A model generated the notes under the pieces. It ran no database searches. It had not been told where the DNA came from and was given only the letters and a program-made list of their open reading frames with translations. This document shows positions 12,170 to 25,384 of a stretch of DNA of 64,000 nt, in pieces. Source of the stretch: Octopus vulgaris (lineage: Eukaryota); NCBI GenBank assembly GCA_951406725.2, contig OX597824.1:48856001-48920000 (forward strand), given 5' to 3'. The translations under genes were made by a program, and so were the position numbers. Position 1 is the stretch's first letter, and every line of letters begins with the position of its first letter.

Positions 12170-12582
12170 TTTCTTTTCTACTCTAGGCACAAGGTCCGAA
12201 ATTTTTGGGGAAGGGGCCAGTCGATTAGATTGACCCCAGTACGCAACTGGTATTTAATTTCTCGTCCCCGAAAGCATGAAAAGCAAAGTCGACCTCGGCG
12301 GAATTTGAACTCAGAATTAAGCATTTCGCCCGGCGTGCTAACGTTTCTTATTTCTTTATTGCCCACAAGGGAATAAACATAGAGGGGACAAACAAGGACA
12401 GATAAAGGGAGTAAGTCGATTATATCGACCCCAGTGCGTAACTGGTACTTAATTTATCGACCCCGAAAGGATGAAAGGCAAAGTCGACCTCGGCGGAATT
12501 TGAACTCAGAATGTAACGGCAGACGAAATACGGCTACGCATTTCGCCCGGTGTGCTAACGTTTCTGCCAGCTCGTTGCCTTT
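12170..12582 (-). mobile_element. Head-to-tail dimer of SINEs with a Deu/Nin-type core
   Basis: Two copies of GAGTTCAAATTCCGCCGAGGTCGACTTTGC(C)TTTCAT...GG(T)CGA.AAATT..TACCAGTT, at 12170-12345 and 12346-12582, with different 3' tails. Confidence 0.85.
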
Positions 12583-12661
12583 GTGATAAAAATATTTATG
12601 AAGTGTGTTTTAGTGTTTAGTAGAATGATTAGTTGCATGTTCGATACACGATTTTCTGTAT

Positions 12662-12968
12662 ATTAGGATATTCGGGTCACGGTCGCAAAGTCGTGAGTTC
12701 AATTCCCAGCGATGCGTTGTGTCCTTGAGCAAGACACTTTACTTCACGTTGCTCTAGTCTCTACTCACCTGGCAAAAATGAGAAGTTCCTGTATTTCGAA
12801 GGGCCAGCCTTGTCACATTCTGTGTCGCGCTGAATCTCCCTGAGAACTACGTTAAGGGTACGCGTGTCTGTGGAGTGCTCAAAGAGTTGTACGTTAATTT
12901 CACGAGCAGGCTGTTCCGTTGATTGGATCGACTGGAACCCTCGTCGTCGTAATCGACGGAGTGCTAGT
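12662..12968 (+). mobile_element. tRNA-derived SINE (CORE-like centre plus shared 3' body)
   Basis: B-box GAGTTCAATTCCC and GTGTCCTTGAGCAAGACACTT. The 3' body matches 50711-50890 and ends CCCTCGTCGTCGTAATCGACGGAGTGC followed by TATG. Confidence 0.85.
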
Positions 12969-13487
12969 TATATGTATGTCAGTATATATGCATGTATGTG
13001 AATAAAGAAATATATATATGAGATCATGTATTTCATAGATTTTCCAACCACCTTAAAGTTTTCAAAATAACTGAGTTCTCCCGGGTTCTGCTAGTGACTA
13101 ATATTGACAATATAAAAACAGAGTGAAACATCATCAAACACTTCTTTGCTAAGATTTATTAAAACCACATTCCCGTATTAAAACTCAAGTTGTGTTTCCC
13201 GATTAGTTACACTACGTTGTGAGTCTTCAGTAAACCGTCTTTGTTGCACAATTGTGTGCATTATTTTATTGTAACATAATGAATGAGATGTTTAGTTATT
13301 CAGTTCTCTGAATACAGATTATTTTGTACTTTAAACATTTTAGATGCATCCTAATAACTGTAGACATGAAATTTTAAAATTTTGTCCAATTTTCGGTCAG
13401 AGTCATTAGTTACGACTTTACGCTGAAACACATCGTAGACAGACGTCCACTATGATAGATTCAACCTCTATGGCTGTCTATAGTACT

Positions 13488-13586
<99 letters not shown>

Positions 13587-14422
13587 TTCGAAAGCAGTTT
13601 TCGTGAGAGCGAAGTAAAGTAATAATACGTTTTTTCCCAACAACAACCAAGTAGTATTAATGGAAGTATATGATTGAGAAATTATTAAAGAGTGGGAGGT
13701 GGGAGGATTTAAGCAATGTCACAACTCATTTAGAAGCTGTTATTTTTATTTTATGTTTTTTAAATGTGCCTATTTTTTTCCGTTAAACTCTCGATCGATT
13801 TTGCTCTCTAATGGGAATCTTACTCCGAACAAAAAGCTTTCGTGAGGCACCATACATGCCTTTTTGTATATTCATATCGATTACATCGCCCGTCACTAGA
13901 TGAATTACTGGTCACCAGAGTACAAACACTTAGTAGAATTTCTAATACCAACCTCACAATATCACCGCTCCGACCACCTCCACTATTATCGTTATCATTT
14001 GCATCACCATTATCACGCCCTTTACAATTCCCGATATTTTCTCAGAAAGAAGTTATTGTTGTATTTAAAAATGACGTTGAATGCTCTAAGTGTTATTTTC
14101 TAGGTTTAACGATTCTGAAATACAAGAAATTATATCGGATACATTTTGAACACGCAATAAATGGAGTCACTAATGATGACGCCACAAAATAACTTCAGAA
14201 AGAACATAGTCTTTAAACTTCTTCCCTTTAAGTTTTCACTATTATTAAAGTGAAATTGCTTCATCATTTGTACATAATTTTCACTGTGAGTATCAATCTT
14301 GATGCTTCAAATATCAGCTTTAATTGTGATAGCCACCACTTTTACCGGAAAAACGTTCATCAGTAAATGCAACGACTATAAAGTATTTAAGGAATTAAGT
14401 TAATGACATAATGCCCAGTGTA

Positions 14423-14775
14423 GGTGCAATGTGGCCAAATAGTTAAGAATGTCTCTCCGGAACCGTTTGGTCCCGAGTTCGATCCCATTAAGTAGCATCT
14501 TGGGGCAATATCATTTTCTTTGGCTTTAAGTCGACCAGTAGTTTGTAAGTGAAATTGGGTAAACGGAAACTGTATAGAAGCCTGTCAGATGGATTGTACC
14601 TGTAATTCAAAAGGTACGGCCTTGTCAGGCCCCATGTCATGCTGATTCTACTTGAGAATTACATTAAGGGTACACGTTTCTGTTGAATGCTCAGCCATTT
14701 GCGCGTTCATTCAAGAACAGATAATTCAGTTAATTGAAAATTTGAATCCTCATCGCCGAACATCGGAGATCCACC
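14423..14775 (+). mobile_element. Older chimeric SINE (5' half as in 15993/59297, 3' body as in 12790-12968)
   Basis: GAGTTCGATCCC B-box, ACGGAAACTG..AGAAGCC, then GCCTTGTCA...GAGAATTACATTAAGGGTACACG. A similar copy lies at about 48205-48540. Confidence 0.7.
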
Positions 14776-16144
14776 AATGTCTCACTGCTGCTTAGCGAAT
14801 ATTGATATGAACTCATCAATGCTACCTTGGATGACCAGGTCATATTTTAGTGAAACTATATGCGAACGAAAATCAAGTCTCCCTTGCGTTGGACCCTAGT
14901 TTAGTACAAGCTAAATTTTCAGATTGATTCTTGAGTAACGGTTAACCTGACTATGAAGAGTTTTAGTTTGCCAGAAACGACTATACAGTGCTCGCAATCA
15001 TTTCGTCTTTAGAAAGAAAAGCTTGCAAATCAGTATCTAAGAAAACAGAAAGCTGGCGATGGCCTGCGTTGCCAAAACTTTATCATTTAGAAAAAGTAAC
15101 AAGAGTACAGTGATATTGTCGTGGGAATAGAGTATTCAACGTTTCGGAGAGAGTGTTTCATCAACATTTAACCTAGATGCTACCACGTCTCTTGTATAAC
15201 ATATCTGTTTTCAATAAATACTCAATAAACATTCAATAAATATTCAACCCCATACCAACTACAAAAGAAGTAAAATGGATCTCATTAAATAAAATTATTG
15301 ACAATACTTTGAGATTCATATATTGATTTCTCTCATTGATAGATGACCACTAATCGTGAAGAAGTATGAAATCGATTAAATCGACGTCAGTACTTGATTA
15401 GAGATATAGAAAATGGTTCTTAATGTAGGTACACGGTCAAAAACTTTTTGAGTAAGTTTAGTCGATACGAATGGCCCTACTACTTCGCCAGTACTTTATT
15501 CTATCGACCCTGAAGGGATGAAAGGTGACATATAACACATAACAACAAACATTATGACATAAGAATGACGTTTCTAACAGGTTTTCGTGTAAATGGTTGA
15601 TTCTCACGTGTGTTCGAATTGTTTGCCTTCTCATTATCGTATGTAAGCTGTTATGAGAAGTCCTAGTTCATTGGAATCGACATCGCGAAAAATTACATCA
15701 GTCCCGCAAATTATCTTCCCAAATATTATTTCCAGCATACTATATTTCACACAACCTCTGGTGTGGCGCTTGTGAGGTTAAGTGGGCGGTAAAGATGTCT
15801 CCGTGTAGCTAATGCATTATCGTTTTATTTTCAGTTGCCATCATAGTTTGGACGGTGCACATTGTGTGTTTGCTGTTAAAATATTTATCAAGAATGGTGA
15901 CGCAAAGTGGAGTTTGCCCCGACCTGTAGAGTAAATGGGGGTTTAATAAAAAGAAAAATGTGAAACAAAGTGAGCAAAAACAAAAGGTTAAAATGTGGCT
16001 GTGTGATAAGAAACTTGCTTCCCAACCACATGGTTCCGGATTCAGTCCCACTACATAGCATCTTGGGCAAGTGTCTTCTACTATAGCCTCAGCCCAACCA
16101 AAGCAATGTGAGTAGATTTGGTAGACGGAAACTGAAATAAGCAT

Positions 16145-16197
<53 letters not shown>

Positions 16198-16231
16198 CAA
16201 AATAGGGGGGTTGTTTCCATGCAGGAAAAAA

Positions 16232-16465
16232 ATATAGGAAAATGTGTTGTTAAAAATACACCTAAATTTCAAAAACTCGTAAATGTTTAAAATTTTAGTT
16301 TGTCAACATTGAAACTTTTAAAGATGTTTTTTCTAATTTTAAACTTTTACCATTGATAAACAAAAAATATTGTCGAAACTAGTTTGGTATATATGTAAAC
16401 AAATGCATTTTAGACATTTACAAGTTTTTGAAATTTAGGTGCATTTTCAACATATTTTCCAATAT
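16232..16465. mobile_element. Inverted-repeat element containing a hammerhead-like motif
   Basis: Imperfect arms of about 60 bp at 16232-16293 and 16407-16465. Confidence 0.7.
16348..16389 (+). ncRNA. Degenerate minimal type-I hammerhead ribozyme
   Basis: TACCA-TTGATAA-ACA(loop)TGTC-GAAAC-TA-GTT-TGGTA. Stem I TACCA/TGGTA is perfect; the CUGANGA core has two substitutions. Confidence 0.55.
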
Positions 16466-16490
16466 ATATATATACATATATACTGTATAT

Positions 16491-16525
<35 letters not shown>

Positions 16526-16555
16526 CACGCACACACGCACACACACACACATATA

Positions 16556-16616
<61 letters not shown>

Positions 16617-17246
16617 GTTCTTCATATATATAATATGTATGTATGTCTTCGGGTCTGTGTTTGTCCCCCACCACTGCTTGACAACCGGTGTGGGTGTGTT
16701 CACGCCCCTGTAACTTTGCGACTCGATAAAAGTGATTGATAGAATAAGTAGAAGGCTTTAAAAAGGTATTAGGTTCGATTCATTTAACTAAAAAGTTTTT
16801 TTAATGGTGGTGCTCCAGCATAGCCGCAGTCTAATAACTGAAACAATTGAAAGATAAAAGATAAATAAATGCACCTATCTCAGAAGAGAAACTACCATCT
16901 AAGTAGATTCATAGCAGCCTACGAAGCCTACAACTCCAATAACCCCACGCTCTGAGTTCTTACTCTCATCTGACTGCCACCTGGCGCTTCTGAATTTAAC
17001 TAAGAAGCACTATGCGTTACTCAATGTGCTAGAAATTGCAGCCAAAGTTTTTGTTGATGACACACTACTGCCTGAAAAACGAATGCTCTAAAATCTTGAT
17101 ACACCGAGACAAAAGAAAACGTGGAATGTGAGCAGTTGGAGAAATTATAATCACAGGCCCGATTGAGCAGGACTACAACCTATGGTTAAACAAAAGCAAC
17201 TTACTAATATATCGACCCATATTCATGCACGCATTCATAGATATCG

Positions 17247-17302
<56 letters not shown>

Positions 17303-17388
17303 TGTATATATATATATAATATATATGTATACACACACACATACATATATATCCATTTATATACATACATATATATATACATACATAC

Positions 17389-17440
<52 letters not shown>

Positions 17441-17717
17441 AAAAAGAGAGAGAGAGAGAGAGAGCTCCCTATTTAATCGGTTGTCCATTAAACTGTCTTC
17501 TCTGCCTATTAACCTATTTACCTATCTACCTACTTATCTATTTACTAATTTGTTTATCTATTCTAATTTCATATCGATCTTTTGATCAGCACCAGCTTTC
17601 TACTGATTTCGCTGTTAAATTTCGTTTGATATGTGTGCGTGAGTATATGTGTGTCTGTATCTGTGTGTAAATTATATATATGAAGAACCATTATTATTAT
17701 TATCATCATCATCATCA

Positions 17718-17749
<32 letters not shown>

Positions 17750-18225
17750 GAGTGAGTGAGTGAGTGGGAGAGCAACGCACGCCATGAAAGTGACGCTGTG
17801 ATACAAATATACGAAGCCCAATATACCCATCATGATTACCCGTCTGATAAGAGTATACCAGCCACATGCGCATGAATTGCAAGTGAGGTCCAGTTAGAAT
17901 TTTCTTCAGGTCGAGTAGCCCATCCCACTCAGAAGGTTCCTGAGTAAGGATTGTTTAAAGATAATGAACGAAACATCCATGCTTCTAAATGTGAATTATT
18001 CAAACGCCAAAGAATCCCTCTCAACACATGGTTATGATGTTCCCCCACTACTTCTGCTCGTGATCAGAGATACACATAACTTCAGCCACTGAGGGACATG
18101 CTCACCTGGTTACAGTCAAGTAGCTGACAAGCAAATCTGTGGTATTAAGCGAAATATTTGTTGTAGCTCAATCAGTTAAGATCAGAAGCCATGAGAGCCA
18201 CTACTTGGTACTACATCAGGGCATT
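17750..18225 (-). mobile_element. Non-coding retroposon-like repeat with (TAA)n tail
   Basis: Homologous to 28990-29271 (+). Both end GCTCTC.CA.TC(..)AATAATAAT. No protein similarity recognised. Confidence 0.65.
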
Positions 18226-18389
18226 TTATTTTATTTTTCTTATTGTCGTATACTACGTATACTTCCCTTTTTTAATACATACCGTGTATACTTTTCCTTC
18301 TTTTTTCATCATTCCATTATATGTAAGCCCCCACACTTTATTCTGTCTTTGCCTCATCCTTCGCCCTGGTGGCAAATAAAATAAATTAT

Positions 18390-21240
18390 TAGTATTATTG
18401 TTTTCATTATCATCTTCTTTCAATTTTGTTTCTATTTCTTTCCGAGTGTCTTCCTGAGACCTAGGGCAGAGAAACACACTGTATACATAGGTAAGCCATT
18501 AAAATAAACGCACCAGATAGTTCATTTACAAAGTCATTTGATAGAGAAAAGGGGAAGAAAGACAGAGAGAAAAAATAAAATTTTTTTAAATTAAAAATAA
18601 ACAAAGAAAATAAAGGGAAAAAGGAAAGAAAATTCACAGTGACAATGCTCTTCTCAATACGTGTGATGTTCCAGTTAAGATAATCTTTTGCACTTCCTAC
18701 ATGGATGGTAAGCCAGGGATCATTCTTAAATAATTTTCAGTTCCTTTTTTTATCATTCCAAGTGCTTCTACAATCACTAGTATTGTAACCGTCTTGAGAT
18801 GCCACATCTTTTCGATTTCGATTAGCGAATCTTTATATTTCCTGAGCTTATCAAATTCTTTTGCCGAGATATTATGATCACGGGATATGCTCATGTCAAT
18901 CAATAAACAGACTTTGTTGTTTTGATCTTTCACCACAATATATGGTTTATTTGCTTTGATAATCCAGTCAGTACATACTGGAAAGTCTCAAAGAATCGTT
19001 ACATTTTCTCCCTCAGTTACAGCCTCAGGGTAGTGCTTGTACCATCTGTCAGCAGTTCTGATTTTATAATGCCGACACATTATCCAATGTAGATATTTCC
19101 AGCTCTGTCATATCTTGATTTGTACTCTACAAGTGCTAAAATCTTACACCCAGAGATTGGATGGTCCACTGTTTCAATCCCATCGTTGCAGTATCGGCAA
19201 TTTGGGTCTACATCATTTTTCATCATATTGGCTTGATAGTTCCGAGCCAATAAGCACTGATGTTGGGCAGCTAAGATAATGCCTTCACTCTCTGCCTTTA
19301 GCCCTGAGCTTCGTAGTCACTGATGGGTGTGCTTCTGGTCTTGTTTGTCACGGTCCACATATTTGCATGCAGATGTTTTTGTTCCTACCTATCAGCATTT
19401 TGTTTTGCAATTGATTTCAGCTTTGTAACTACAGTTGCTGCATTTTTTATCGTGCGGTTCAACCTGGGTATTATTCATGAACACACTTGAAAATTTTTCG
19501 TCTCCTTCATAACAGAATGAAGCTTCTTATGTCTTTCTTAGTTTTCAACGAGCTTTAGTATCTAGTTGTTAGGTGTTTCAAGGTATTTTGCCAGTCCAGT
19601 TGTGGTGGTTTTGTAAGAGATTTCAAATTGGATCAAACCTTGAACTCCTTGAGCACTGGGTAGGTAAAGATGATTTGTGTCTGCACTTGGGTGGTCAGCA
19701 GCTTACAGATTTTCCTGTAAATCTTCCTTATTTTGCTCATATTCTAGTTCAACCCATTGAAACTAACTAACAACCGGAACTGTTAAGGAATTTATAGCTA
19801 ACACCTTGTTACGTACACTGAATTCGGATTTTAGGACTGCTCGAACTCTCCTGTTACATTCCTTCCTGACCTTCTCTTTCATGCTTACATGCTGAATATC
19901 AGATCCCTCATTTATTCCGAGGTATCTGTAAGTTTATTCCTACTCGAGTTCTATTATGACATCCAATACCACTGAATGTGAATTCTTCAATTTCCCTTTC
20001 TGAAAAGTGGCCTTGGCACATTTATCAAGACCAAATTCTATCCCAATGTCATCGCTGAAATGCTTTTACTGTACATAGTCGTCCTTCAAGCTCATTTTCG
20101 TCTTTGCCATAGAGTTTTAAGTCATCCATATAAAATAGATTACATATTTTCTTGTCGCCAATTTTATATCCATACCCTGTTCTGTTAAGCTCACTAGTAA
20201 GGGGTCTTAGGGCTATGCAAAAAATTAAAGGTGAAAATGAGTCACCTTAGAAAATGTCGCAGATGATATTAATACCTTTTGTGATCAATACTCCATTAGA
20301 GTGGTATAATAAGAGATTCTTATTCCACACTGCCATGTTGTGCTTCGGTAAGTTTGAAATCACGAGAGAAATTTTGAAGATATCCAGCGATTTCAAGATC
20401 CATGAATGCGGTATGCTGTCAAAGGCCTTTTCATAATCAATCTATGTGGAACTGAGATTTCTGCGTTTGTTATGACAGTTCTCAAGGATTATGCGATTAC
20501 ATAAGAGTTGGTATTTGCATCCATGTGAGCCTCGTCGGCACCCTTTTTGATCAGTGAGGGAAAATATCATTCTGTTCCATAATTTTTTATGTTTTCTCCA
20601 CGAGGATGAATGTTAACATTTTATACGTGGTAGATAGACACGTTATGTGCCGATAATTTTGGGAAAATTTGGTTTCATTATTCTTCGGGAGTAGGTAAGT
20701 AATACCTCTTGCTAACCAAGCAGGTGTTTTCATAGGATCTCTCATAATTTCATTGGATAACTGGACTAACTTTTCGTGTGCGCACAAGAGCGATGCGGGC
20801 CAGAAATTTGGTACCTTATTTTGCTTGTAAAATTTGTTTCTCCTCTCAAATTTTCGAATTCTTTGAGCTTTTGCTTGGACATTTTGTTGCGGTGTTTCTT
20901 TTGCTGAAAGTAGTTTTTCTCTTGATGAGAATCTATATTTTCTTTTCATCTTTATTCTTTTTCTAGTTTTTTCATCGTTTCCACAGATTAGCTCATTATT
21001 TCTATCTCTTTTTCAATTTTACTTTTCCAGTTTGGAATTCTCGGGCTTCTATTTCTTTGTTTTTTTTTCAGAGGCATACAACTGGTTTCAATTGTCTTAG
21101 CACTTGTAGAAATAATTTCGTTTAATTCAGTGAGATCTGGTTTTAGTCCTTGTATAATTTCTTTTGTTATATAGTTCTCAATTTTAATTTGTTTTCTATT
21201 TTGGATTGTATTTGAGAGTTTATGATGTAGTTCTCTATCA
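18390..21240 (-). mobile_element. Degraded R4/Dong-like RLE non-LTR retrotransposon
   Basis: QRIRKFERRNKFYKQNK, NYRHITCLSTTYK, YMDDLKLY (about 20115-20135), CRYCNDGIETVDH..SGC, LLIDMSI...KLRKYKD...IEKMWHLK; TAA-rich tail. Confidence 0.9.
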
Positions 21241-21255
21241 TTATTGTTGTTGTTG

Positions 21256-21325
<70 letters not shown>

Positions 21326-21363
21326 TATTATTAATATTATTATTATTATTATTATCATTATTA

Positions 21364-21410
<47 letters not shown>

Positions 21411-21412
21411 GT

Positions 21413-21477
<65 letters not shown>
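21241..21477. repeat. (ATT)n plus (GTA)n compound microsatellite
   Basis: Direct reading. Confidence 0.95.
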
Positions 21478-21684
21478 AGGTGCCGAGCTGGCAGAATCGT
21501 TAGCACGTCGGTCAAAACGCTTAGCGGTATTTCGTTCGTCGTTCCGAGTTCAAATTCTGCCGAGGTCGACTTTGCCTTTCATCGTTTCAGAATCGATAAA
21601 TTACGTACCGGTGAAACACTGGGGTCGATATAATCAACTGTCCCCTCCCACAAATTCCAGGCCTTGTGCCTATAGTAAAAAGAA
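21478..21684 (+). mobile_element. SINE with Deu/Nin-type core
   Basis: AAGGTGCCGAGCTGGCAGAATCGTTAGCACG...GAGTTCAAATTCTGCCGAGGTCGACTTTGCCTTTCATC...TTGTGCCTATAGTAAAAAGAATTATT. Further degraded copies at about 15360-15530 (-), 43100-43278 (-) and 44140-44230 (-). Confidence 0.88.
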
Positions 21685-21715
21685 TTATTATTATTATTAT
21701 TGTTGTTGTTGTAGC

Positions 21716-24700
21716 TGTTATTATTACCATTGCCTTTGCACAGCTTCTAACGCTGGAGATGTACTACGGTGTCAGCTGTTCACTACCAGTGAACTAAGGT
21801 AACACCTCTTATTTTTCGAGCACCTTCCGGAGTATTCGAGCGGTTCCAAGCAGTACTGTTTTCTGCAAGTGCACCACCCTTATTGCAGCCATTATTTGTT
21901 CTACGTACTTCTCGAGATTTTTGCTCACTGTTTCCACGGCTCCGACAATTATTGGTACTACTGCTACCTTTTTCATCGACCACAACTGCTTAACTTCCCA
22001 AGCTAACCTTTCATATCTCTCGACTTTTCTTTCTCATCGGATACCTTGTTGTCAGCTGGGCATGCTATATCGATCATCCAGCATAGTTTGTTATCTTTCT
22101 CAATCAAGACTATGACTGGCTTCTTATTCTCTATCTCATGGTCGCACTGAATCATAAAATCCCATAGGATCTTTGCATTTCTATTTTTGACGATGCCTTC
22201 AGGATTGTGGTCGTACCAATTTTTTTGCTCTGTCAAGTCCATACTTGTTGCAAAGTGTCCAATGGACAAGCCTGGCTATATTGTCGTGGCGTCTCTTCTG
22301 GGCTAGTGACGTACATTGGCTGGTAATATGCCATACGATCTCACCGTTTTGTCCACAGATTCTGCACTTATCACTTTCTACTGTGTTTAGTCTGTATTTT
22401 ATGTAGTTTGTTCTTGGTGCTTACTCTTGAGTAACACAGATTAGAACCTCTGTTTCCGGTTTTAAATCACTTTTAGTCATCCACAGCCATCTTTTTTCTC
22501 TGTCTGTCTTATCTTCAACATCCCTATGAAATTGACCATGCATTCTTTTCTTTACCCACCTATTTTTAGTTTCATTTGTTTTCAATTTCTTGTATAGAGT
22601 TTTATCTTTGCAATCTTTCATCCTACACAAGCCTGACCTTCTTACTTCTAATAATAGCGGTTCTGTGGCATTTTTTACATAACATGCTATATTTTCTTCT
22701 GCTCTAATACTGTATTCGCATCCCCTCTTTCCTTGGTGCATACAGTCTGTCTGTGTCACTTTTTGGGTGAAGTAACCCATATCTAGCTAGCAACTTCCTT
22801 GTCTTTCTGTCTAAGTTGTTTAATTCGTCTACTGTCCATGCGATTACCCCTGCTCCATATCTAAGGAGTGAAACCACCCTAGTGTTGATAGCTTCGATCT
22901 TATTCCGTCCGTTTAATTTCGAGTATCAGTCTCAGTCTGCGCGAGTAGTCCACCTTGAATTTTCTGTCATTTCTTTCTCCATCAATTTATCTATTTCCAA
23001 AATCCTCAAGTACTTATAGCCTGTCTCTTCTTTCTGTTTCATAACTTCCCCCAACGGTACCGTTTAACCGTCCATACATTTGATTTTGCCTCTCTTCAAG
23101 ACTAATACACCACACTTTTTCAGTCCGAACTCTCTATTCTGATATCAGCCCTAAAGATATACACCGTTTCAACGAGGGAACTGACTTGGGCTTCATTTTT
23201 ACCATAAAGTTTGAGGTGATCCATGAATAACAAATGGTTGACATTTTGTTGGCGGCTTTTGAATACATACCCAGCTTTTGCTTTCCTCAGAATCAGTGTT
23301 AGTGGTATCAAGAACAGTACAAAAATCAGTAGGGACAGTCAGTCCCCTTGGAAGATGCCCCTCCTAATGTCCCTAAACTTCTTCCCTATGCTAACAGGTC
23401 CATCCTCCAATTCACCATACTTTTTTCAAGCAATCGCTCAACATTCATTGCAATACCAAATAGGTTCATACACTCCATAATCCCAAAATGTGGTATCATA
23501 TCTTACGTGTTACGATAGTCGATCCATGACATGGCCAAGTTACTTTTCCTCCTCTTGCAGTCTCTAAGTACACTTTTGTCTATCAGGAGTTGATCTTTGG
23601 TACCTCTGCATTTACGCTTGCAACCCTTCTGCTCATGTGGCAGGACTCCATTTTTTCCCAGGTTTTCATAGATTGATTCTGTGAGTATTCCAGTCAATAA
23701 CTTCTACATAAGTGGCAAACAGGATATCGGCCTGTAATTGTCTACCGTATTGCCTTTTTCGATGTTTTTCAGGCACAGTACTGTTCTACCCAATGTCAAC
23801 CACTGTGGTGTTACTTGGTCGGCATTTAACAAGGTGTTGAGCTACGCAGCTTTTCGTGCATGGCATTCACCAAATCTTTTGATCCAATAGCCTTTAACTC
23901 CATCTGATCCATGGGCCTTCTAGTTGCTCATTTTTTTCTTCACTTCCCTAACTGAAATGACTAGTTCTGCCTGTTTTGGACAGACTACTGTTTGTTTCAG
24001 TTCTTGCAACCATTCAGCATCCTTCTTGTGCTCCTTGTCTTTGCTCCAGATGTCACTCCAACAGCTTTTGACTTTCAATGTTATCTGGTATCAACTTTTC
24101 ATCTGTACACTTTCCGTTTATTTCTTTATAAAATCTCTTCTGATCTACTCTGAATAGTCTATTCTGGTGGTAACCCTTCATTTTTTGGTCGTATCTTACC
24201 ATCTTTGCTTTCTTTGCAACGAGGCGCTGTTCCTGTATTTTTATTCGCTTTTAAGCTCCTCTTTCTCTTTTCAGTCTAACAGATTCCGTCGAGAGCATAT
24301 TTAACCCTGCCTGGATTCTTCTTTTCCATTATGAATCTTTTCTTTTGTCACTCCCATTATGTTTCTTTTTCTTGACATCAACACCCATGTTTTCTGCTAC
24401 AACAATACTTGCTGCCTTGATCAAATTATTTGTTTCTGTGATATTGTTTGTTCTGATGTATTTCAGAATTTCATTGACAGTTTTCGTTTCTTGGTTCAAT
24501 TTCCATTGATCAACCTTTTTAAGGTTGCAAATAATGTCGCTATCGTTCTCCTGTAGTCTTGCCTTTATTCTGTCGTAGATTGCCTTTTTTTCATCTGTCA
24601 TGTCACCATTAGTTTTATTATCTTCTTTTATGCCATCTATATGTCTCTCATCAAGTAAACTACCACAGCTCCTTTCCTGTGCTATGAGATTACTCTTATT

Positions 24701-25240
24701 AGTAAGAACTGTATTTTCATTGTTATCTCTGCTGCTATTTTCCATGACCCGTCTTTTGATAGCTTCGAGCTCCACTTCTGTGAACCAACAATTTTTTCTT
24801 ATTGCTCTAGCTTGATCACATAGTCTCTGTTCCGTGAGTTGAAACAATTCCTTTTCTCTCCAATGATCATACATACGTTGTCGGTAACCCCTAATTTGAG
24901 CACCATTTTCATCTACCGGGCTGCTCAGGTAGTAACACTCCGTGACCACAGCATTAATTTGCTTGCTCAATCTACGTTGTGTGTGGTGGTCCCTTTCTAG
25001 ATATCGACAGGCTGTAGCCGGATCAAAATTTCTGAGCCTACCGGGTGTAACACTGTCACCATCATTGGCTTCAGTTTCATTACCACTGTTATTCACAATA
25101 TTTTGTTTTTCCATTGTCACTCATATGAGGTAGCGATTATCTGGTTGCGCAGTTACCAGTATTTTTATTGTGACACCATCACTAGATGTATCGTTAATCA
25201 GCCCATGGGGAGGCTCCACCCGTTTCCTGCAGCTATCACC
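21716..25240 (-). mobile_element. Near full-length degraded R4/Dong-like element (second family)
   Basis: N-terminal ORF 24329-25120 (GYRQRMYDHW...EQRLCDQARAIRKN). RT motifs [40 protein letters not shown] motifs ILWDFMIQCDH, MIDIACPAD. 3' UTR and TAA tail. Confidence 0.9.
25128..25237 (-). ncRNA. Possible degenerate HDV-like ribozyme at the 5' end of the Dong-like element
   Basis: Order on the minus strand: GATAGC..GGTGGAG-CC-TCCCCAT-GG-GCTGATT..hairpin..CTGGT/ACCAG hairpin-ATAA-TCGCTACC. This fits the P1-P2-P3-L3-P1'-P4-J4/2-P2' order but with mutations. Confidence 0.4.
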
Positions 25241-25384
25241 ATCACCACCACTACCATTGTTATTATCATTATTACTATTTCCATTTATTATTAAAAGATT
25301 TTACTGTGTATGTTTGTGTGTCTGTCTGTGCATGTGTGTATGTGTTGGCGTACATTTACTATTATTATTATTATTATTATTATT

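Larger units (their letters stand above)
15993..16865 (+). mobile_element. CORE-like SINE split by microsatellites and an inserted inverted-repeat element
   Basis: The 5' half (15993-16145, CTTGGGCAAGTGTCTTCTACTATAGCCTC...GGTAGACGGAAACTG) and the 3' half (16640-16865) are collinear with the copy at 59297-59700. Confidence 0.8.
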
